From contig JAZLFA010000067.1 of the NCBI GenBank assembly GCA_045615545.1, forward strand, positions 279 to 64,278: a stretch of DNA of 64,000 nt, in the 5' to 3' direction. The translations under genes were made by a program, and so were the position numbers. Positions within the stretch are counted from its first letter, which is position 1; each line of letters starts with the position of its first letter. The stretch is from Bacilli bacterium. Lineage in GTDB: Bacteria; Bacillota_I; Bacilli_A; RFN20; CAG-826. Under the pieces are notes generated by a model. That model had not been told where the DNA came from, did not search any database, and was given only the letters and a program-made list of their open reading frames with translations. Shown here in pieces: positions 28,825 through 38,188 of the stretch.

Positions 28825-30696
28825 ATGGATTATTCGGTTATCGTTGTTGGTGGTGGACATGCTGGCTTAGAAGCCGCTTTTGCTAGTGCTCACATGGGCG
28901 AGGAAACATTATTAATTTCGATTAATATTAAGAAAATGGGTAATATGCCATGTAACCCATCTATTGGCGGCAGCGCTAAAGGGATAGTAGTAAGAGAAAT
29001 TGATGCTCTTGGAGGCATGATGGGCAAAGCTGCCGATCATCATTATCTTCAAATGAAAATGCTTAATACTGGTAAAGGTCCTGGCGTTCAATGTTTAAGA
29101 GCCCAACAGGATAAATTAGAATACCCTGATTATTTACAATCATTAGCGTTAAAAACTCAACATTTAACTGTAGTTGAAGGAATAGTAAATTCTTTATTAT
29201 ATAAAGATAATGTTGTATATGGTGTTAATTTAGAGGATGGAAGAAGTTTTACTAGTAACGCTGTTATTTTAACAACGGGTACATATATGGAAGCGGAGAT
29301 ATTCCGTGGACACGTAAAAAAGAGCGAGGGACCTGACGGAGAAAAACCATCTAAAGGTTTGTCACCATTTTTAAAATCGATGGGTATCGATATTTATAGA
29401 TTAAAAACTGGTACTCCTCCAAGAATAAAAAAAGACTCAATTGACTTTTCTAAAGCAAGCATTCAACCAGGCACAAAAGGGAGATTAGCTTTCTCTTACG
29501 AAACAAAAGAATTTATTCCTGTTGAAGAACAAATACCTTGTTACTTAATTTATACAAATGAAAAAACTCACCAAATTATCAGAGACAATCTTGATGAAAC
29601 AGCATTATATAGTGGACTTGTTACAGGCGTTGGGCCTAGATATTGCCCTTCTATTGAATCTAAAGTAATGACTTTTAAGGATAAAGAACGACACCAATTA
29701 TTTTTGGAGCCTGAAAGTAGATATACTGATTCAATATATTTACAAGGTTTTTCTACTTCAATGTCAGAAGAAATCCAAGAGTTAATGGTTAGAAGTTTGC
29801 CTGGATTTGAAAATGCTGTCTTTTTAAAATATGCATACGCTATTGAATATGATGCTATCCAAACTCATGAATATGGTGTTACTCTTGAAGCTAAAAAATA
29901 CCAAGGATTATATTTTGCTGGTCAAATCTGTGGAACAAGCGGTTATGAAGAGGCGGCTGGTTTGGGGCTTCTTGCTGGTATCAATGCTGTTTTAAAAATT
30001 AGAAAACAAGAACCACTTATTTTAAGAAGAGATCAAAGTTATATTGGTGTTATGATTGATGACTTAGTTACTAAAGGCACCCAAGAACCTTATCGATTAT
30101 TATCTTCAAGAGCAGAATTTAGACTATTGATGCGTCACGATAACGCAGATTTAAGATTGACTGAAATTGGTCATCGTATAGGACTTATTAATGAAGAAAG
30201 ATACTGTTCATTTATAAAGAAAAAAGAAAATATTGAAAAGGCTATTTCGATATTAAATTCGACTTACCTTGGAAAGAAAAAACCTATTGAGGATTATTTA
30301 ATGTCTCTTGGATTCAATGAATTAAAAGGTGGTTTTTTAGCTAGTGAAATTTTAAAAAGACCAGGAGTAAGTTATAGCAAAATTAAGGAATTTATACCAG
30401 AATTGCAAGAAATTTCGCTTGATGACGATGGAATTGAAGAACTTGAAGTAATGGTAAAATACGAAGGTTATATCGCAAAGCAAATCCGAGAAGCAGATAA
30501 TATGAGAAAATTAGAAGAGATGAAAATTCCTACTGATTTTGACTATTTAAATATGAATGGTCTTCGCCTTGAAGCGCGTCAAAAACTTGATAGGGTTAGA
30601 CCTCTTACAATAGGGCAAGCATCGCGTGTTTCTGGAGTTAATCCTAGTGATGTTTCAATACTTATTTTAAACATTAGGAAAAAACATAATGGATAA
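28825..30696 (+). CDS. mnmG: tRNA uridine-5-carboxymethylaminomethyl modification enzyme MnmG (GidA)
   Basis: FAD motif VIVVGGGHAG; start at ATG 28825 just after the sufB stop. Confidence 0.9.
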   Translation: MDYSVIVVGGGHAGLEAAFASAHMGEETLLISINIKKMGNMPCNPSIGGSAKGIVVREIDALGGMMGKAADHHYLQMKMLNTGKGPGVQCLRAQQDKLEYPDYLQSLALKTQHLTVVEGIVNSLLYKDNVVYGVNLEDGRSFTSNAVILTTGTYMEAEIFRGHVKKSEGPDGEKPSKGLSPFLKSMGIDIYRLKTGTPPRIKKDSIDFSKASIQPGTKGRLAFSYETKEFIPVEEQIPCYLIYTNEKTHQIIRDNLDETALYSGLVTGVGPRYCPSIESKVMTFKDKERHQLFLEPESRYTDSIYLQGFSTSMSEEIQELMVRSLPGFENAVFLKYAYAIEYDAIQTHEYGVTLEAKKYQGLYFAGQICGTSGYEEAAGLGLLAGINAVLKIRKQEPLILRRDQSYIGVMIDDLVTKGTQEPYRLLSSRAEFRLLMRHDNADLRLTEIGHRIGLINEERYCSFIKKKENIEKAISILNSTYLGKKKPIEDYLMSLGFNELKGGFLASEILKRPGVSYSKIKEFIPELQEISLDDDGIEELEVMVKYEGYIAKQIREADNMRKLEEMKIPTDFDYLNMNGLRLEARQKLDRVRPLTIGQASRVSGVNPSDVSILILNIRKKHNG

Positions 30697-31375
30697 CAAA
30701 GAATTGGTTTCATTACTTAATCTTTCTGGGATAAATGTTGATTTAGCCCATGTTTTAAAATTAGAAAAATATACAGATTATATTCTCAAAAAAAATGAAG
30801 AAATAAATTTAACTGCTATAAAAGATAAAGATGCATTTTATGAGAAGATGCTTTTTGATAGTGCCCTTCCTTTATTATTAACTGATTTTAAAGGTAAAAA
30901 GATTATTGATGTTGGGACAGGTGCTGGATTTCCTGGTATGGTTATCTCTCTACTTTTAGATACTGATGTTGATTTATTAGATTCGACAAATAAAAAACTT
31001 AATGTCATTAATGATTTTGGAAACGAATTGGTGCACACCATTAATGAGCGAGTGGAAGAATATTCTAAGAAACATCGTGAAAATTATGACGTTGTTATTG
31101 CGCGTGCAGTTGCACCTTTAAATATATTAAGTGAATTATGTTTACCTCTGGTAAAGGTTGGTGGATATTTTATTGCGATGAAGGGTAGCGATGGTGAAGC
31201 AGAACTTGATTTAGCAAGTAAAGCCATTGATAAATTAGGCGGTAAGTTAGTTAAAACAGATAAACATTCTTTACCAAATGGGGATATTAGAATAAACTTT
31301 CTTATAAGAAAAGATAAAGTAACTAACGAGAAATATCCTCGAAGTTTTGGTGAAATAAAAAATAAACCATTATGA
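30689..31375 (+). CDS. rsmG: 16S rRNA (guanine527-N7)-methyltransferase RsmG (GidB)
   Basis: SAM motif IIDVGTGAGFPG; immediately follows mnmG. Confidence 0.85.
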   Translation: MDNKELVSLLNLSGINVDLAHVLKLEKYTDYILKKNEEINLTAIKDKDAFYEKMLFDSALPLLLTDFKGKKIIDVGTGAGFPGMVISLLLDTDVDLLDSTNKKLNVINDFGNELVHTINERVEEYSKKHRENYDVVIARAVAPLNILSELCLPLVKVGGYFIAMKGSDGEAELDLASKAIDKLGGKLVKTDKHSLPNGDIRINFLIRKDKVTNEKYPRSFGEIKNKPL

Positions 31376-32121
31376 AAATAATTACGATTGCAAACCATAA
31401 AGGCGGTGTTGGTAAAAGTAATACCGCGATTAATCTTGGCGCTTGTTTAGCGCAATTTAATCATCGTGTATTAATTATTGATATGGACCCACAAGGAAAC
31501 ACATCTAGAGGATTTGGTATTGATACCTCTTTGGTGAAGAAAACAATATTTGATGTTTTAATTGATAGATTTGATATTAATAAAACGATTCAGAATACAT
31601 GTGTTGAAAATTGTTATATTATTCCTTCACAATTAATTGTTTCTGCTAGCGAAGAAAAGCCTGACGATCGTTATTATTTATTAAAAGATTCAATTGCTCT
31701 TCTCAGAAGAGATTATGATTATATTATTATTGATTGCCCACCAAGCCTTGGATTTTTAACGACGAATTGCTTAGTTGCAACTGATTCAGTAATCATTCCG
31801 ATTCAGTGTGAATATTTTGCTTTAAACGCTGTTACTCAAATACTTGCAAAAATATCTACCGTTCAATCTAAATATAATCCCGATCTTCATATTGAGGGTG
31901 TTCTTCTTACAATGTTTGATCCGAATGATGAACTAGCAGTAACTCTTTCAAAAGAAATACAAAATATTTTTAGTGAAAACGTATATGGCTCACGTATTCC
32001 ACGCTCTCATTCTATCCCTGAAAGTAATATACGTGGAATTCCAGTTGTTGTGTATCGCCCAACTTCTCGCGCTTCTATTGCATACACTTCTTTAGCGAAA
32101 GAAGTTTTAAATGCTGAGTAA
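31372..32121 (+). CDS. parA: ParA/Soj-family chromosome partitioning ATPase
   Basis: Deviant Walker A KGGVGKS; no parB follows. Confidence 0.85.
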   Translation: MKIITIANHKGGVGKSNTAINLGACLAQFNHRVLIIDMDPQGNTSRGFGIDTSLVKKTIFDVLIDRFDINKTIQNTCVENCYIIPSQLIVSASEEKPDDRYYLLKDSIALLRRDYDYIIIDCPPSLGFLTTNCLVATDSVIIPIQCEYFALNAVTQILAKISTVQSKYNPDLHIEGVLLTMFDPNDELAVTLSKEIQNIFSENVYGSRIPRSHSIPESNIRGIPVVVYRPTSRASIAYTSLAKEVLNAE

Positions 32122-32123
32122 AG

Positions 32124-32271
32124 TGATATAATAAACTTACTTCAGGGCAGCGAAAAGCGACCGGCGGTAAACCCCGCGAGCCGAAAAGGCATGAACTTGT
32201 GTGATTCAAGTGGCGACAGTAAAGTCTGGATGAAAGAAGAATATTTTTACGCCCTGATTGGGCATTTTTTT
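32124..32271 (+). ncRNA. FMN riboswitch (RFN element) with its own extended -10 promoter (TGATATAAT 32124-32132); P1 stem UCAGGGC (32142-32148) / GCCCUGA (32251-32257)
   Basis: Conserved RFN blocks GACCGGCGGUAAA, CCCGCGAGC, GAUUCA and GCGACAGUAAAGUCUGGAUGAAAGAAG; sits upstream of an ECF S-component gene as in Bacillus ypaA/ribU. Confidence 0.85.
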
Positions 32272-32967
32272 ATGGATTCATTATCACTTACTAGATTAAT
32301 TATTGGATTAGCATTTTCTTTATTTGCTGTCGTATTTTTTCTTAATAATGTTTTTCTAAAAAATAAACAAATTTCTGTTAAATTCATAAGCAGAACTGCC
32401 GTATTTGCGGCTATTTCGATTATTTTGTATACAGTTCCATATTTAAAATTTCCAGTATTTTTCTTCCCATCTTTTTTAGAAATTCACTTCGATGAAGTTC
32501 CTGCATTTATTGCTGGATTTGCTTATGGTCCTCTTTCTGCATTTATCATCATAGCAATTAAAACGATAATCAAACTTCCTCTTACCACTTCATTATGCGT
32601 TGGAGAAATTGCTGATTTCATTTATAGTATAGCTTTTGTTATTCCCGCATCTATCCTATACAAAAAAAGCCGCAACTTCAAAGGAGCGGTTATTGGTTTA
32701 GGGCTGGGACTAGTTTTTCAAATAGTGGTTTCATCCTTATTCACGTCGTTTGTAATGCTTGATTTTTATATGAATGTTATGGGCTTAAGTAAGGAAGCGA
32801 TTTTAAAAATGTGTCAAGTTGCTAACCCTGCAGTTAACGACTTAGGTTGGACGTTCCTTCTTTTAGTAGCATTACCATTTAACTGTTTTAAAGATGCGCT
32901 GGTAATTTTACTAACATTCTTATTATATAAGAAGTTACACAAATTAATTGATAGAATTAAAGCATGA
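32272..32967 (+). CDS. ribU: ECF-transporter substrate-specific (S) component, riboflavin transporter RibU-like
   Basis: Small multi-TM protein directly downstream of an FMN riboswitch; the ORF-track start at 32191 lies inside the riboswitch, so the start was moved to ATG 32272. Confidence 0.6.
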   Translation: MDSLSLTRLIIGLAFSLFAVVFFLNNVFLKNKQISVKFISRTAVFAAISIILYTVPYLKFPVFFFPSFLEIHFDEVPAFIAGFAYGPLSAFIIIAIKTIIKLPLTTSLCVGEIADFIYSIAFVIPASILYKKSRNFKGAVIGLGLGLVFQIVVSSLFTSFVMLDFYMNVMGLSKEAILKMCQVANPAVNDLGWTFLLLVALPFNCFKDALVILLTFLLYKKLHKLIDRIKA

Positions 32968-33008
32968 AAAAACCGGTTATTCAATTGTGGAATAAACCGG
33001 TTTTTCGA
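32966..33008. terminator. Bidirectional terminator AAACCGGTTTATTC-AATTGTG-GAATAAACCGGTTT between convergent ribU and the ferredoxin gene
   Basis: 14-bp near-perfect inverted repeat with A and T runs on both sides. Confidence 0.75.
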
Positions 33009-33014
33009 ATATCT

Positions 33015-33193
33015 TATTCCTTTTCGGAAATTGCACCAAATGGGCAGATACTAATGACTTCTTCTTCAGCTTCACCAGTGATAGGTTCTGCAACACCACT
33101 GTCGCCGATCTTGACGTCTTCTGGATAACTTGCTGCACAAGCACCACAACCCATACAAACGCTTGGATCAATTTTAATTTTCTTTTTAGCCAT
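33015..33193 (-). CDS. fer: Small 4Fe-4S ferredoxin (59 aa), absent from the ORF track
   Basis: Reverse-strand translation MAKKKIKIDPSVCMGCGACAASYPEDVKIGDSGVAEPITGEAEEEVISICPFGAISEKE with CxxCxxC...C ligands; the listed 64-aa ORF 32977..33171 is the wrong frame. Confidence 0.8.
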
Positions 33194-33300
33194 CGATTTT
33201 TTCTCCTTGGTTTATGTAAAAATTATATTCATTACATTAAATTATTTCAATAATAATAATTTTATTTTTTTTCTCTTCTAATTATATTAGAATATGTTTA

Positions 33301-33567
33301 ATGGAAACTCGGGTACAAAAATTTAAAAATTATCGTGCTTCTTTCGTTAAAGAAGATACCAATGTTACCCGTAGTGACTATAAGCGTTACACAACAAATA
33401 CTTTGCCTCTCGATGAAGTGATGAATACGGCAAGCACTCATCAAAATGATGTTGATTTAGTAAACAAAAAGAAAAAAGAGTTTGTTCTTAAAGTGGTAGG
33501 TATTGTTTGTTTATGCATTATTGCCATTGCCGCTATAGTTACTTGTGGTGTTCTTTTATTTAGGTGA
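33301..33567 (+). CDS. Hypothetical small C-tail-anchored membrane protein
   Basis: ORF with a single C-terminal TM segment; precedes cmk. Confidence 0.35.
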   Translation: METRVQKFKNYRASFVKEDTNVTRSDYKRYTTNTLPLDEVMNTASTHQNDVDLVNKKKKEFVLKVVGIVCLCIIAIAAIVTCGVLLFR

Positions 33568-33575
33568 TTAATATG

Positions 33576-34235
33576 AAAAAAGTTGTCGTTGCAATTGATG
33601 GTCCAGCTGCTGCTGGAAAAAGCACAATCGCTAAAAAGGTTGCGCTTATTAAGGGTTATACTTACATTGATACAGGCGCAATGTACCGTGCTTTTACTTG
33701 GTATTGCTTAAATAAAGGTGTTGATTGCCAAAATGAAAAAGCATGTTGCGCTTTAATCCCAGAAGTAAAAATTGAATTAAAACCTGATAATGTAGTGTTA
33801 TGTAACAACATTGATGTCACTTCTTCTATCAGACAAACAGATGTTTCTGGAAATGTATCCTATATAGCGAGCTATAAAGATATTAGGTTGGCATTAGTGG
33901 ACTTACAACGTCAAATGGCAAAAAATACTTCAGTAATCATGGACGGAAGAGATATTGGTACTTATGTTTTGCCTGATGCTGATGTAAAGATTTTTCAAAT
34001 CGCTAATGTTGAAACTAGAGCACGACGTAGATTTATTGAAAATCAAGAAAAGGGCATTGTCTGCACATACGAAGACATTGTTAAAGATGTAGAAAAGCGT
34101 GATTATATTGATTCGCATCGTGATTTTGCTCCTTTAAGAAAAGCAAATGACGCAATTGAATTAGATACTTCTAATTTAACAATCGATGAGGTTGTTGAAA
34201 AGGTAATTGAGATTATTGATGACATGGTAAAATAA
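33576..34235 (+). CDS. cmk: Cytidylate kinase
   Basis: P-loop IDGPAAAGKST and cmk-typical NMP-binding region. Confidence 0.9.
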   Translation, partial: KKVVVAIDGPAAAGKSTIAKKVALIKGYTYIDTGAMYRAFTWYCLNKGVDCQNEKACCALIPEVKIELKPDNVVLCNNIDVTSSIRQTDVSGNVSYIASYKDIRLALVDLQRQMAKNTSVIMDGRDIGTYVLPDADVKIFQIANVETRARRRFIENQEKGIVCTYEDIVKDVEKRDYIDSHRDFAPLRKANDAIELDTSNLTIDEVVEKVIEIIDDMVK

Positions 34236-34236
34236 A

Positions 34237-35556
34237 ATGGCAAATCCTATTGTAGCAGTTGTTGGATCACCTAACGTTGGAAAATCAACGATTTTTAATC
34301 GTTTAATTGGTGATCGTCATGCGATTGTGGATGATGAAGCTGGTATTACTAGAGATAGATTATATGGTGTTGTTTCGTGGCTAAATCATAAATTCACTAT
34401 TGTTGATACAGGTGGAATTGAAATGGCCAATAGACCATTCCAAGAACAGATTCGTATGCAAGCAAATATTGCTATCGAGGAAGCGGATTTAATCGTATTT
34501 GTTTGTGATGGTCAAGTTGGAGTTACTAGTGACGATATGATGGTTGCGCGCATTTTGCGTAAAGTGAATAAACCAATAATTTTAGCCATCAATAAAATTG
34601 ATGAAGGCATTCACGCTGGCGATGTAAATGACTTTTATTCGCTTGGACTAGGTGAGCCACTTCCTATTAGTGGTGCACATGGTGTTGGTATAGGTGATTT
34701 GTTGAATAAAATAACAAATGAACTTCCAGAATGGGAAGACGAAGTTGATGAAGAAGTGATTACTTTTTCTCTTATTGGTAGACCGAATGTCGGAAAATCT
34801 TCCTTAGCAAACGCTCTTTTGAATGAAGAGAGAGTAATAGTGTCGAATATTTCAGGTACTACAAGAGATTCAATTGATACACCTTTCACAAAAGATGGTC
34901 AAAAATATGTTGTCATAGATACAGCAGGTTTAAAGAAAAAAGGAAAAATCTACGAAGCGATAGATAAGTATTCTGCTATTCGGGCACTAAAGGCAATTGA
35001 ACGCAGTGAAATTGTATGCTTAGTAATTGATGGAATTGAAGGAATAACTGACCAAGATAAGCATGTTATTAGCTATGCTATTGATTTACATAAAGCTATT
35101 ATTATCGTTGTTAATAAATGGGATGGTATTGATAAATCAACTAATACCATGAGTGATATATCTAAGATTATTCGTCAAGAATATAAATTCTTAGACTATG
35201 CCCCTATCGTTTTTGTCTCAGCATTAAAGAAACAAAGATTAGATACTTTATTTGATACATTAAAAAATGTACATGCAGCATATCATACTCATATTAAGAC
35301 TTCAGTTTTAAATGAAATGTTGCAAGATGCACAAGTTCTTAATCAAGCCCCTGATTTTAATGGTGGAAGAATTAAAATTTATTATGGATCACAAGTTACA
35401 AGTGCTCCACCTACTATTGTGTTATTTGTTAATAACCCTGAATTCATGCATTTCTCTTACGAGAGATATATTGATAATAGACTAAGAGAGACATTTAATT
35501 TTGATGGAACTCCAGTTCATTTAATTTTAAGAGCGAGGAAACAAAACAATGAGTAA
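34237..35556 (+). CDS. der: Ribosome biogenesis GTPase Der (EngA), double GTPase plus KH-like domain
   Basis: Two G domains (GSPNVGKST, GRPNVGKSS). Confidence 0.9.
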   Translation: MANPIVAVVGSPNVGKSTIFNRLIGDRHAIVDDEAGITRDRLYGVVSWLNHKFTIVDTGGIEMANRPFQEQIRMQANIAIEEADLIVFVCDGQVGVTSDDMMVARILRKVNKPIILAINKIDEGIHAGDVNDFYSLGLGEPLPISGAHGVGIGDLLNKITNELPEWEDEVDEEVITFSLIGRPNVGKSSLANALLNEERVIVSNISGTTRDSIDTPFTKDGQKYVVIDTAGLKKKGKIYEAIDKYSAIRALKAIERSEIVCLVIDGIEGITDQDKHVISYAIDLHKAIIIVVNKWDGIDKSTNTMSDISKIIRQEYKFLDYAPIVFVSALKKQRLDTLFDTLKNVHAAYHTHIKTSVLNEMLQDAQVLNQAPDFNGGRIKIYYGSQVTSAPPTIVLFVNNPEFMHFSYERYIDNRLRETFNFDGTPVHLILRARKQNNE

Positions 35557-36556
35557 AATAGCGATTATTGGTTCCGGTACATGGGGAACAGCATTAGCCC
35601 AAACACTTAATGATAACGGACACGATGTTTATTTATTTGGTAATAAACAAGAACAAATCGATGATATTAACATCAATCATAAAAATAGCTTCTATTTTGG
35701 TGATGATATAATCCTAGATTCTAAATTAAAGGCATCTACTTCTCTAGAAGAGGTAGTTAAAGGGCGTGATATTATTTTGCTAAGTGTACCAACTGCCGCT
35801 ATGAGAAGTGTACTAAATCAACTAGTTCCATTATTAGATAAAAAAGTGATTTTAATTAATACTGCCAAAGGTTTTGATTTAGATAAAAATTTAAGAATCT
35901 CAGAATGCATTAAAGAAGTGGTTCCAGAAGAATTACGTTATCCAATTGTTTCTTTAATTGGGCCAAGTCATGCAGAAGAAGTTATTGTGCGTGACTTAAC
36001 ATGTGTTTGTGCGGTATGTGAAGATGAAGACATTGCAATGAAAGTTGCTAAACTATTCTCTAATGAGTATTTCCGCGTTTACACCAATAATGATGTTGTT
36101 GGCAGTGAAATAGGCGTCGCAATGAAAAACGCAATTGCTATTGCTAGTGGTATTCTTGAAGGCCTTAATTATGGAGATAATGCTAGAGCTGCTTTATGTA
36201 CAAGAGGCTTGGCTGAAATTGTTAGATATGGTGTGGCTAATGGCGCTGATCCAAAAACATATTTAGGACTTGCTGGAATTGGTGATTTAGTTGTCACTTG
36301 TTACTCATTCCATTCACGTAACTTTAGTGCTGGATTAGAAATAGGAAAAGCGGATTCTGCCCTAGATTTTCTTAAAAATAACATAAAAACCGTCGAAGGA
36401 ATCAGAACAATAAAAGTCATTTATGAGAATGCAAAAAAACTTAATTTAGATTTACCTATTATTAAAGCTTTATACGAAATTTTATACGAAGAAAAAAATC
36501 CTAGTGTAATTATTAAACAGTTAATGAATCGTCCACTAAAAACTGAACTTTTATAG
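35549..36556 (+). CDS. gpsA: NAD(P)H-dependent glycerol-3-phosphate dehydrogenase
   Basis: N-terminal Rossmann GSGTWGTALA and GpsA catalytic region. Confidence 0.9.
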   Translation: MSKIAIIGSGTWGTALAQTLNDNGHDVYLFGNKQEQIDDININHKNSFYFGDDIILDSKLKASTSLEEVVKGRDIILLSVPTAAMRSVLNQLVPLLDKKVILINTAKGFDLDKNLRISECIKEVVPEELRYPIVSLIGPSHAEEVIVRDLTCVCAVCEDEDIAMKVAKLFSNEYFRVYTNNDVVGSEIGVAMKNAIAIASGILEGLNYGDNARAALCTRGLAEIVRYGVANGADPKTYLGLAGIGDLVVTCYSFHSRNFSAGLEIGKADSALDFLKNNIKTVEGIRTIKVIYENAKKLNLDLPIIKALYEILYEEKNPSVIIKQLMNRPLKTELL

Positions 36557-36568
36557 GAGGCTCAAGAC

Positions 36569-36847
36569 ATGGACAAATTAAATAAAAACGAACTTATCGA
36601 GATTGTAGCAGAAAAGGCATTTTTGTCTAAACGCGACGCAAGAGAAGCCCTTGATGTAGCGTTTGACGAAATTCAAAAAGCCCTTCTTGATAATCGTGAA
36701 GTTAACATTACTAACTTCGGTTCATTCGTACCAATTACTCGTCAAGCTAGAATTGGCACCGATCCAAAAACGCATCAAAAGATTCAACTTAAGGAAAAGA
36801 AGTCAGTTGCGTTTAGAGCTTGTAAAACATTTAAAGAAAAACTTTAA
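36569..36847 (+). CDS. hup: DNA-binding protein HU
   Basis: Typical HU sequence (MDKLNKNELIEIVAEKA...GRNPKT-like arm). Confidence 0.9.
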   Translation: MDKLNKNELIEIVAEKAFLSKRDAREALDVAFDEIQKALLDNREVNITNFGSFVPITRQARIGTDPKTHQKIQLKEKKSVAFRACKTFKEKL

Positions 36848-36849
36848 TC

Positions 36850-37527
36850 ATGAGAGAAAAATTAGAAGCGTACTTACGTTTATCGAAAGTTTTTTCGACT
36901 CACCAATTTCATTTATATCTGGTTGGTGGGTGTGTTCGTGATACTCTTTTAAAAAAAGAATTTACGGATGTTGATTTAGCTACTGATGCAACACCTGAGG
37001 AAATTAGTAAATTTTTCCCTGATGTTGACCTTACTTTTAGTAAGTATGGATCTACTCGTTTAATTTTCGATGAACAAAAATTTGAAATAACAACATTAAG
37101 AATTGAAAAAGGGTATGGTGATTCAAGGCATCCAACTTCAATCAAGTTTACAAAAGATCTTAAAAAAGATGTTGTTAGAAGAGATTTTACAATCAACGGT
37201 TTATATTTTGATGATCGTTTTATATTGTATGATTACGTAAAAGGTCAAAAAGATATTGAAAAACACTTAATAAGAGCGATAGGAAAACCAACAAAACGAT
37301 TTATTGAAGATCCTTTAAGGATTATTAGAGCGGTTCGTTTTGCGTTAACGCTTGATTTTGAAATTGAGAATAAAACTTCGAAAGCAATGATTAAATGCGC
37401 TCCCTTATTAATAAAACTTAAACCAGAAAAGATTAAAGAAGAAGTTAGTAAAATCACATGTGATGACATTACTAAGCGTCAGGCAATGTTTGATAAATAT
37501 AATATTTCTCAATTTATTAATATGTGA
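36850..37527 (+). CDS. tRNA nucleotidyltransferase / poly(A) polymerase head-domain protein (short, 225 aa)
   Basis: LVGGCVRDTLL and TDVDLATDA nucleotidyltransferase motifs; lacks the usual C-terminal body domains. Confidence 0.6.
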   Translation: MREKLEAYLRLSKVFSTHQFHLYLVGGCVRDTLLKKEFTDVDLATDATPEEISKFFPDVDLTFSKYGSTRLIFDEQKFEITTLRIEKGYGDSRHPTSIKFTKDLKKDVVRRDFTINGLYFDDRFILYDYVKGQKDIEKHLIRAIGKPTKRFIEDPLRIIRAVRFALTLDFEIENKTSKAMIKCAPLLIKLKPEKIKEEVSKITCDDITKRQAMFDKYNISQFINM

Positions 37528-37543
37528 TAGAATAGGCAACACT

Positions 37544-38188
37544 ATGGTAAGCGAAGCAATAGATTTTAGATATCTCTTATTAGAGAATTATAAAAAATTA
37601 AAAATAAGTGAGAATGAACTTGTTACTATTTTAATGATTGATCATCTTATTGGTGAAGGTAATCCTTTTGTGACATCTGATTTATTGTCTCTTAAGATGA
37701 GTCTTGATGTTCGTGAAATAGATAAAATCTTAGCCTCTTTACTTAAAAAGAAAATGCTCGAGTTTGTTACTAAAGGCAAAAAGACATACACAACTTTAGA
37801 ACCATTAAAGCAAAAACTTTACCAAGAATTCCAACTATTTCTTTCCAAAGAAAGCGAACAAAATACTTCCCGACGTGTTAAAGAAGAATTAGAAAATATT
37901 TATGCCTCTTTTGAAAAGCTTCTTGGAAGAACTTTATCACCTGTTGAAATTTCAAAAATACGCGAATGGGTATCCTATGGATATAGTGATGAAATGATAA
38001 TTAACGCTCTTAAAGACGCTCTTAATAGTGGTAAAAAGAGTTTAAGGTCTGTTGATAAGATTCTTTTGAACTATCAAATGAAAGAAGATATTCAAAGCGA
38101 CGGACGCACAACATTAAATTCTGAATGGGATAAAAATCTTGAAGAGACAATCAAGATTGCAAAAACTCCTTGGTTAGATGAAGAATAA
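37544..38188 (+). CDS. dnaD: DnaD-domain replication initiation/membrane attachment protein
   Basis: DnaD C-terminal domain motif ISKIREWVSYGYSDEMIINALKDA; dnaD-nth adjacency as in Bacillus. Confidence 0.6.
   Translation: MVSEAIDFRYLLLENYKKLKISENELVTILMIDHLIGEGNPFVTSDLLSLKMSLDVREIDKILASLLKKKMLEFVTKGKKTYTTLEPLKQKLYQEFQLFLSKESEQNTSRRVKEELENIYASFEKLLGRTLSPVEISKIREWVSYGYSDEMIINALKDALNSGKKSLRSVDKILLNYQMKEDIQSDGRTTLNSEWDKNLEETIKIAKTPWLDEE

Noticed and set aside
32139-32262. Alternative riboswitch classes (TPP, THF, cobalamin, preQ1, c-di-AMP, Mn) considered for the GC-rich leader
   Set aside because: None of their signature blocks fit, whereas the FMN/RFN blocks match in order and spacing.
32191-32271. 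N-terminal 27 codons of the ORF-track call for the ribU-like gene
   Set aside because: These bases form the FMN riboswitch aptamer (conserved RFN blocks and P1 stem). The CDS was restarted at ATG 32272.
32977-33171. 64-aa minus-strand ORF
   Set aside because: Wrong frame of the ferredoxin gene; the correct frame gives a CxxCxxC...C ferredoxin (33015..33193).
36663-36941. 92-aa plus-strand ORF overlapping the hup 3' half and the start of the next gene
   Set aside because: Alternative frame of the well-conserved HU gene; basic low-complexity translation.
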